A stretch of 51,860 bases of DNA from Aquihabitans sp. Its GTDB lineage: Bacteria > Actinomycetota > Acidimicrobiia > Acidimicrobiales > Iamiaceae. The DNA lies in the NCBI GenBank assembly GCA_036263575.1, contig DATAGR010000794.1:1-51860 (forward strand). The letters run 5' to 3'. Position numbers and translations under genes: made by a program. This document shows, in pieces, positions 46,680 to 51,860 of this stretch (the first letter of the stretch is position 1; the number at the start of each line of letters is the position of its first letter). The notes under the pieces were generated by a model. It did not search any database, was not told where the DNA came from, and was given only the letters and a program-made list of their open reading frames with translations.

Positions 46680-47141
46680 GTGACTCCACCCTCTAGCGCC
46701 GGCCGCTCCGGCTCGGTGCCAGCGATCCTCCCCAGTCGGCGCGTTCGGTTCCAGGTCAACGCCTTCGAGGTCGTCGTCGCCGTCATCGCCCTCACCACCT
46801 GCGTCTACGGCCTCGCCGACCCCGCCGTCATCCGCGAGTCCACCCTCAACGAGGCCATCCCCATCGCATGGGCCTACATCTGGCACGCCGGCTACGGCCT
46901 CGCCGCGGTCGGGATCATCGCCGGCCTCTGGCGGGGCCGGCGCAACGAGGAGGCCGCCGGGCTCATCCTCATGGCCTCCGCCGTCGCCATCCAGACCGTG
47001 GCCGTCGTCGCCGTGCGGGGCACCTCCGCCTCCTCGTCGGTGCTGGTCCTCCTCGCGGTCACCCTCGGCTGCGCCTGTCGTGCCGGGCTCCTCCTCACCA
47101 ACCGCCGGGCCATCCTCATCACCGCAGAGGTCGCCCGATGA
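46680..47141 (+). CDS. Multi-TM membrane protein (lysis cassette)
   Basis: Four hydrophobic segments. Confidence 0.7.
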   Translation: MTPPSSAGRSGSVPAILPSRRVRFQVNAFEVVVAVIALTTCVYGLADPAVIRESTLNEAIPIAWAYIWHAGYGLAAVGIIAGLWRGRRNEEAAGLILMASAVAIQTVAVVAVRGTSASSSVLVLLAVTLGCACRAGLLLTNRRAILITAEVAR

Positions 47142-47509
47142 ACCCGACCATGCTGACCACCATCCTCGCCGTCCTCGGCGGTGGCGGCCTCCTCACCGCC
47201 TTCGCCGTCTGGCGCAAGGCCGGCCCCGAGTCGTCCCAGATCCTCGTCGACGCCGCCTCCGGCGTGGTGTTGATCCAGAAGGGCGTCATCGACGACCTGC
47301 GGGCCGACATGGACGTGCGGGACCGCCGCATCGACGCGATCGAGGCCGCCCTCGTCGACCGGGACACCCGCATCAAGGCGCTGGAGGCGGCGCTGGCCGA
47401 GCGAGACCGGGAGGTCCACGCCACCCGCGCCGAAAACGACGAGCTCCGGCAACGGGTCAAGCACCTGGAGGCCGAAGTGCTGGAGCTGAAGGAGAACGGC
47501 AATGCCTGA
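47138..47509 (+). CDS. Membrane-anchored coiled-coil protein
   Basis: N-terminal TM ILAVLGGGGLL, then heptads. Confidence 0.7.
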   Translation: MNPTMLTTILAVLGGGGLLTAFAVWRKAGPESSQILVDAASGVVLIQKGVIDDLRADMDVRDRRIDAIEAALVDRDTRIKALEAALAERDREVHATRAENDELRQRVKHLEAEVLELKENGNA

Positions 47510-48044
47510 CCGAGACCGGAGGGCGTGGCGGCGGCTCGTCACCGCCCAGCTCAGAGACACCGACACGTCGCACCTGTCCCACCTCGACGCCGACACGATC
47601 GACCACACGGCGTCCCTCTTCGACGAGGACGACGACACCCGTTCCCTCGGCGACACGGGGAGGACCGCGGCGCATCGCCCGAAGGCCCGCCTCGCCCGTG
47701 CTGCCGCCCTCGTCTGCGCCATCCTCGTCCTCGCCGCGGTCGTCGGGTCCCAGGTCCTCGCCTACGCCGCCCTGGACGCCGAGAAGGGGTCTCGGGAACG
47801 ATCCGAGGAGCAGGTCGAGGCCCTCCGCACGTCGCGCGACGAGTGGGAGAGGGCCGCCCGCCAGGCCAACGCCGAGAAGGTCTCGATCAACTGCCAGCAG
47901 ATCGGGCGGCTGAACGACTTCATCACCGTCGTCGCCCAGATCGCCGCTACCGGCGAGCGGACCCCGGAGGAGCGAGAGGCGCTGGCCCCGTTCCTCACCC
48001 CACCCCCTCGCCCTGCGGAGTGCCCACCAGAGGACGGCGGCTGA
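47502..48044 (+). CDS. Single-TM protein
   Basis: AAALVCAILVLAAVVG, then coiled coil. Confidence 0.65.
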   Translation: MPDRDRRAWRRLVTAQLRDTDTSHLSHLDADTIDHTASLFDEDDDTRSLGDTGRTAAHRPKARLARAAALVCAILVLAAVVGSQVLAYAALDAEKGSRERSEEQVEALRTSRDEWERAARQANAEKVSINCQQIGRLNDFITVVAQIAATGERTPEEREALAPFLTPPPRPAECPPEDGG

Positions 48045-48047
48045 CCG

Positions 48048-49016
48048 ATGCCGCTGACGCCTGACGAGGAGGCGATCGCCGATCGGCTCACCGATCTGCA
48101 CCGGGCCACCCAGGAGAGCCTCCTGGCCCAGATCGCCAGCGCCTCGACCTCACCGAACGCCAAGAGCCACCTGCGGGCCCTCCTCGCCGAGGTCGACCGC
48201 CTCTTCACCCAACTGCTGGAGGGCGCCCGCGCGTGGGTCTCCGACGCCCTGCCGGGCCTCTACCGGGCCGGCGCCACCGCGGCGGCCAACGCTGCCGGCA
48301 ACGCCTTCGCCTGGACCCAGGTCCACCGGGAGGCGGTCGAGGCCCTCGCCCGGCGCACCTGGGACGACGTGGCCACCACCCTCCAGCAGGTCTCGGCCGA
48401 CACGAAGCGGGTCATCCGGTCGCTGCTCGACGACACTGTCCGCCGGCAGGTGGTCGAGGGCGTCCCCGGGCCGAGGGCGTCGGGTCAGCTCGCCCGGGCC
48501 CTCCAGTCCGAGACCGGGGCGGCCACGGTCACCTACTCCAACGGCGCCCGCCACGCCATGGCCGATTACGCCGACACGGTCGCCCGGACCACCACGGCCA
48601 CCACCCGCAACGCCGGCGCCATCAACCAGGCGAGGGCCGACGGCATCACCTACGTCGAGGTATTCGACGGGTCCGACTGCGGCTGGGCCAGCCACAACAC
48701 CCCGCCGCTCGCCAACGGCCTCGTCGTGACGCTGGAGGAGGCCGAGTCGCAGCCTCTCAGCCACCCCCGCTGCGCCCGGTCCTTCGGCCCCCGCCCTGAC
48801 GTCAGGACGCCGCAGGAGGCCGAGGAGGGCCGCCGGTACAGCCCGGCCGAGCAGCAGCGCATGGCGGCCGAGGAGCGGGCCCGTGCGGCCACCCAGAACG
48901 TCGACGGGCGCCGCCGTGGCACCTTCGCCGCCCCCACTGCGCCGACAGGGCGCCAGCCACGGGCGTCGAGGTCGAGCCGGGCCACGAGGACGCCACGGAG
49001 TCCGGTGAGCGGGTAG
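48048..49016 (+). CDS. MuF-like / minor capsid protein
   Basis: YADTVARTT, VEVFDG.DCG, LSHPRCARSF. Confidence 0.75.
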   Translation: MPLTPDEEAIADRLTDLHRATQESLLAQIASASTSPNAKSHLRALLAEVDRLFTQLLEGARAWVSDALPGLYRAGATAAANAAGNAFAWTQVHREAVEALARRTWDDVATTLQQVSADTKRVIRSLLDDTVRRQVVEGVPGPRASGQLARALQSETGAATVTYSNGARHAMADYADTVARTTTATTRNAGAINQARADGITYVEVFDGSDCGWASHNTPPLANGLVVTLEEAESQPLSHPRCARSFGPRPDVRTPQEAEEGRRYSPAEQQRMAAEERARAATQNVDGRRRGTFAAPTAPTGRQPRASRSSRATRTPRSPVSG

Positions 49017-49086
49017 GATCAATCGGTGGAGTGAAGAGCCCCGCCCCGCCGGCCAGGAGCAGCTCCGACTGTCGCCGAACCGGCCC

Positions 49087-49116
49087 GAACCGCCCGCCCT
49101 CACCGGCGGGCGGTTC
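49087..49116. terminator. Hairpin GAACCGCCCGCC-CTCACC-GGCGGGCGGTTC
   Basis: Perfect 12-bp stem in an intergenic gap. Confidence 0.55.
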
Positions 49117-49169
49117 CGCGTCCGGGATGCATCCGACCAACCGGCAGGGGAGCGGCCGACCCTGCGGGG

Positions 49170-49508
49170 ATGCCAGGCACCCCGTTTCGAATCCGAGCCG
49201 ACCAGGTCGGTGGCTCCGTCGCAGTCGACGGCGTCGACATCCCCCCCGAGCACATCCTCGGCTGGGAGGTGCTCGGCGGCCCACGGGACCCGACCCGGTT
49301 CCTCCTCCACATCGCCGTCGAAGGCGTCGTCGACGGCGAGGGGATCGTCGAGACGATCCGTGACGCCGCATCCGGCGACGCCGTCCGGCGCCTCGACCCC
49401 AAGGCCGTCGAGGACGAGGCCCTGCGCCGCCTGACGACCAGCAAGGGCAACCTGACCCACCACCGGCTCGAGGTCGTCGCTGAGATGCTCGACGGGGCAC
49501 CGACGTGA
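49170..49508 (+). CDS. Hypothetical protein
   Basis: ATG 6 nt after GCATCCG-N22-GACCCT; coupled to the next gene. Confidence 0.65.
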   Translation: MPGTPFRIRADQVGGSVAVDGVDIPPEHILGWEVLGGPRDPTRFLLHIAVEGVVDGEGIVETIRDAASGDAVRRLDPKAVEDEALRRLTTSKGNLTHHRLEVVAEMLDGAPT

Positions 49509-49927
49509 GCCACATCGCAGACGCCCGCGCCCGCAACGAAGCCCGCCTCGGCTCGCTCGGCACCGTCACCCGGGCCGGCGTCGGCGACGGCGTCATCGAC
49601 GACGAGACGCTCGCCGTCACCCGCCCCGGCGACGTCACCGTCCACGCCGGCATCCGGTGCTCGGTGACGGCCACCTCCAACCAGAGCCGCGAGGAGGACC
49701 GCGCCGGCCAGCAGCTCGACGCCAGCACCTACCGCATCGCCGTCCCCGTCTCGGCCACCGGCATCCGCCGCGGCGACACCTTCACCGTCACCAGCATCGA
49801 CGCCGACGGCGACCCCGACCTCGTCGGCGTCGCCCTCACCGTCGTCGACGTCGAGCTCCGGTCCAACGTCGTCCTGCGCCGGCTCCGCTGCACCGACACC
49901 CGCCCCGCGACCGGACGGCTGCCGTGA
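49505..49927 (+). CDS. Head-to-tail stopper-like protein
   Basis: YRIAVPV...GDTFTVT...DPDLVG. Confidence 0.7.
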   Translation: MSHIADARARNEARLGSLGTVTRAGVGDGVIDDETLAVTRPGDVTVHAGIRCSVTATSNQSREEDRAGQQLDASTYRIAVPVSATGIRRGDTFTVTSIDADGDPDLVGVALTVVDVELRSNVVLRRLRCTDTRPATGRLP

Positions 49928-50394
49928 GCGTCCAAGGCGACGACCTCGCCGCCCTCCAGCTCGCCCTCGCCCGCCTCGTCGCCGAGGTGCAGGAGGGCTC
50001 GGCCCAGACCGTCACCGCCTACACCGCCATGCTGGAGACGTCGGTCAAGCGCCACGCCAGCCAGCCCCGCACCCGCCTCCGCCCCCGTGGCGCCAGCATC
50101 GAAGGCCCCCGGCTGCTGACGGGCTCCTACGTCGCCTCCATCAACCGCAACGTCGACCGAGGGGTGGGCATCGTCACCGGCGGCGTCGGCTCGGCCGACG
50201 TCCGGGCCATGCCGCTGGAGTTCGGCAACCGCACCACCGGCGCCCTCGACTACCCCCACTTCGGGCCGGCCATGGACGAGATCGAACCCCGCTTCACCGC
50301 CGCCATGGCCGCCGTCCCCATCGTCGCCGCCCACAAGACGCGCGGTGGCGGTCGGGGCTTCATCGCCCGACTCTTCGGGAGGAGGGGCGCATGA
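49924..50394 (+). CDS. HK97 gp10-like neck protein
   Basis: GPRLLTGSYVASI, LEFG, PHFGPA. Confidence 0.75.
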   Translation: MSVQGDDLAALQLALARLVAEVQEGSAQTVTAYTAMLETSVKRHASQPRTRLRPRGASIEGPRLLTGSYVASINRNVDRGVGIVTGGVGSADVRAMPLEFGNRTTGALDYPHFGPAMDEIEPRFTAAMAAVPIVAAHKTRGGGRGFIARLFGRRGA

Positions 50395-50819
50395 TCCCGA
50401 CCCGCAAGGTGCTCGACGCCCAGCTCGTCGCGCTGCGCGACCACTGGCCCTACGTCGGCGACGGCGAGGCCCCACCGCCTCCGGTCGACGGCCGCCCCGT
50501 CTCCTGGCTCACCCCGCAACCGCACCCCGGACCCGGGCCCCGGTTCGGTGGCGGTGAGACCACCCTCACCATCCGCGTCCGCGTCTCCTCGGCCGCCAGC
50601 AACGGCAGCGGCGCGGCGGCCAGCGCGGCCCGGGCCCAGGCGCAGGGCCTCGCCGACCTCCACCGGGCCACGATGCTCACCGGGCCGATGATCGCCGGCA
50701 CCGGGTGGCGGGTCACCGGCCGCTGGCACGAGTCCACCGCGGCCGTCCCCGAGCCGAGCGCCTGGACCATCCACGACGACTACCGCCTCCACGTCGCCAC
50801 GGTCGCTGCATCCCCTTGA
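50391..50819 (+). CDS. Tail terminator
   Basis: Position; VGDGEAP. Confidence 0.65.
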   Translation: MIPTRKVLDAQLVALRDHWPYVGDGEAPPPPVDGRPVSWLTPQPHPGPGPRFGGGETTLTIRVRVSSAASNGSGAAASAARAQAQGLADLHRATMLTGPMIAGTGWRVTGRWHESTAAVPEPSAWTIHDDYRLHVATVAASP

Positions 50820-50849
50820 CCCCTACGGGGTCGACCCACGATCCCGGCC

Positions 50850-51122
50850 ATGGCCACCGGCATCACCTTGACGCACCCGCTCCTGGGTGACGAGTCCGTC
50901 CATGCCGTCGACGAGGACCACGCCGCCGCGCTGGCCCACCTCGGCTGGGTTCCCGAGGGCACCAAGGCGCCCGCCGAGACCATCGCCGAGATCAAGGACC
51001 GCGTCGGCGACGACCCGGACCTGGCCGCCCAGGCCCTCGCCCTCGAGCAGGCCAGCCCCAACCCCCGCGTCACCCTCGTCGAGCACCTCTCGGCGGTCGT
51101 CAACCCGTCCCCGGAGGACTGA
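50850..51122 (+). CDS. Hypothetical protein
   Basis: Leaderless start after GCATCCC-N22-CACGAT; TIAEIKDRVGDD...PRVTLV. Confidence 0.7.
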   Translation: MATGITLTHPLLGDESVHAVDEDHAAALAHLGWVPEGTKAPAETIAEIKDRVGDDPDLAAQALALEQASPNPRVTLVEHLSAVVNPSPED

Positions 51123-51125
51123 TCC

Positions 51126-51617
51126 ATGGCCCTGTACACCCCCGACGAGCTGGAGCGGATCTACTTCCTGCCCTCCGCCGCCTCCGTCTCGGCGCCGACG
51201 GTCGCCAACTTCACCGCCGGCGAGGACATCACTGACGCCATCGTGTCGATGAGCGGCTTCACCTTCGCGGCCAACAAGACCGAGGTCCCCAACCTCGGCA
51301 GCCGGTTCACCCCCTCGGTCTCCGGCCGGCTCACCGCCGAGGACTCCTCGATCGAGTTCTACAAGGGCGACTCCGCCACCGACCTGGAGGAGATCGTCCG
51401 GGTGCTCCTGCCCCGTGGCGCCGATGGCTACATCGCCCGCGTCCACCCCAAGGACGGCGCGCAGGCCGCCATCGCCGCGGCCACCAAGGTCGAGATGTGG
51501 CCGGTCGAGGTCATGTCCAACTCGATCGCCCCCCCGGTGCCCGGCGAGGCCGCCAAGTTCACGGTGCAGTTCTCGATCCCGAGGCAGCCGAACCAGTCCG
51601 CCACCATCGCCGCCTGA
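51126..51617 (+). CDS. Major tail (tube) protein
   Basis: APTVA..TAG.D, GRLTAEDSSIEFY, VEMWPV. Confidence 0.85.
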   Translation: MALYTPDELERIYFLPSAASVSAPTVANFTAGEDITDAIVSMSGFTFAANKTEVPNLGSRFTPSVSGRLTAEDSSIEFYKGDSATDLEEIVRVLLPRGADGYIARVHPKDGAQAAIAAATKVEMWPVEVMSNSIAPPVPGEAAKFTVQFSIPRQPNQSATIAA

Positions 51618-51637
51618 CCGGCTGACGGCGCGTAGAC

Positions 51638-51680
51638 GCCGCCCCGGGTCGCCTCACGAGGGTGCCCGGCCCGGGGCGGC
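51638..51680 (+). terminator. Hairpin after the major tail gene
   Basis: GCCGCCCCGG / CCGGGGCGGC. Confidence 0.55.
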
Positions 51681-51715
51681 ATCACCCAGGCACCCCGAGA
51701 CAGGCACCCTCACCC

Positions 51716-51860
51716 ATGAGCACCGCTCAACAGCTCCTCAGTCGCAAGCCGCGCACCGAGGTCGCAGTCTTCTGCCGCGAACCGGACGACGCCTCCACGC
51801 TCGCCGAGCTCCGCCAGAAGGCCGCCCAGGCCACCGCCATCGCCGGCCGCACGATCGGCA
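51716..51860 (+). CDS. 5' part of the tail assembly chaperone (continues at 142-632)
   Basis: ATG AGC ACC GCT..., in frame with ORF 192-632 across the junction. Confidence 0.8.
   Translation, partial: MSTAQQLLSRKPRTEVAVFCREPDDASTLAELRQKAAQATAIAGRTIG

Noticed and set aside
51720-51860. 141-bp terminal repeat as a biological genome end
   Set aside because: It falls mid-gene and its length matches a common assembler k-mer; best explained as circular overlap.

Overview
This is a complete, circularly assembled temperate siphovirus genome of about 51.7 kb with high GC. The host is probably an actinobacterium (WhiB genes, TTGTCCACA DnaA boxes, actinophage-type structural genes). Bases 1-141 are repeated exactly at 51720-51860. 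Modules in order: tail (chaperone with -1 frameshift, tape measure with cell-wall hydrolase domains, minor tails); lysogeny (putative attP, tyrosine integrase, ImmA/IrrE-like peptidase, divergent repressor/Cro, excisionase); recombination and replication (PD-(D/E)XK nuclease, SSB-like protein, beta clamp, RuvC-like resolvase, prim-pol/helicase with an embedded origin); three DNA methyltransferases; two WhiB proteins; an LmbU-like regulator; terminase, portal, capsid, fibre/hydrolase genes, lysis and neck/tail tube. The most striking element is a cassette between terminase and portal (about 32495-34760). It holds a lone RAMP/Cas7-like gene followed by non-coding tracts with strict 5-nt periodicity (GGC-like triplet + variable dinucleotide), separated by two tRNA-like stem-loops with compensatory base changes. 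This is a candidate non-CRISPR RNA-guided system. Other highlights: homing-endonuclease domains inside two methyltransferase genes with no intein or intron visible, and a recurring GCATCCC-N22-CACNNT promoter motif. All protein calls come from motif recognition by eye; no searches were run.
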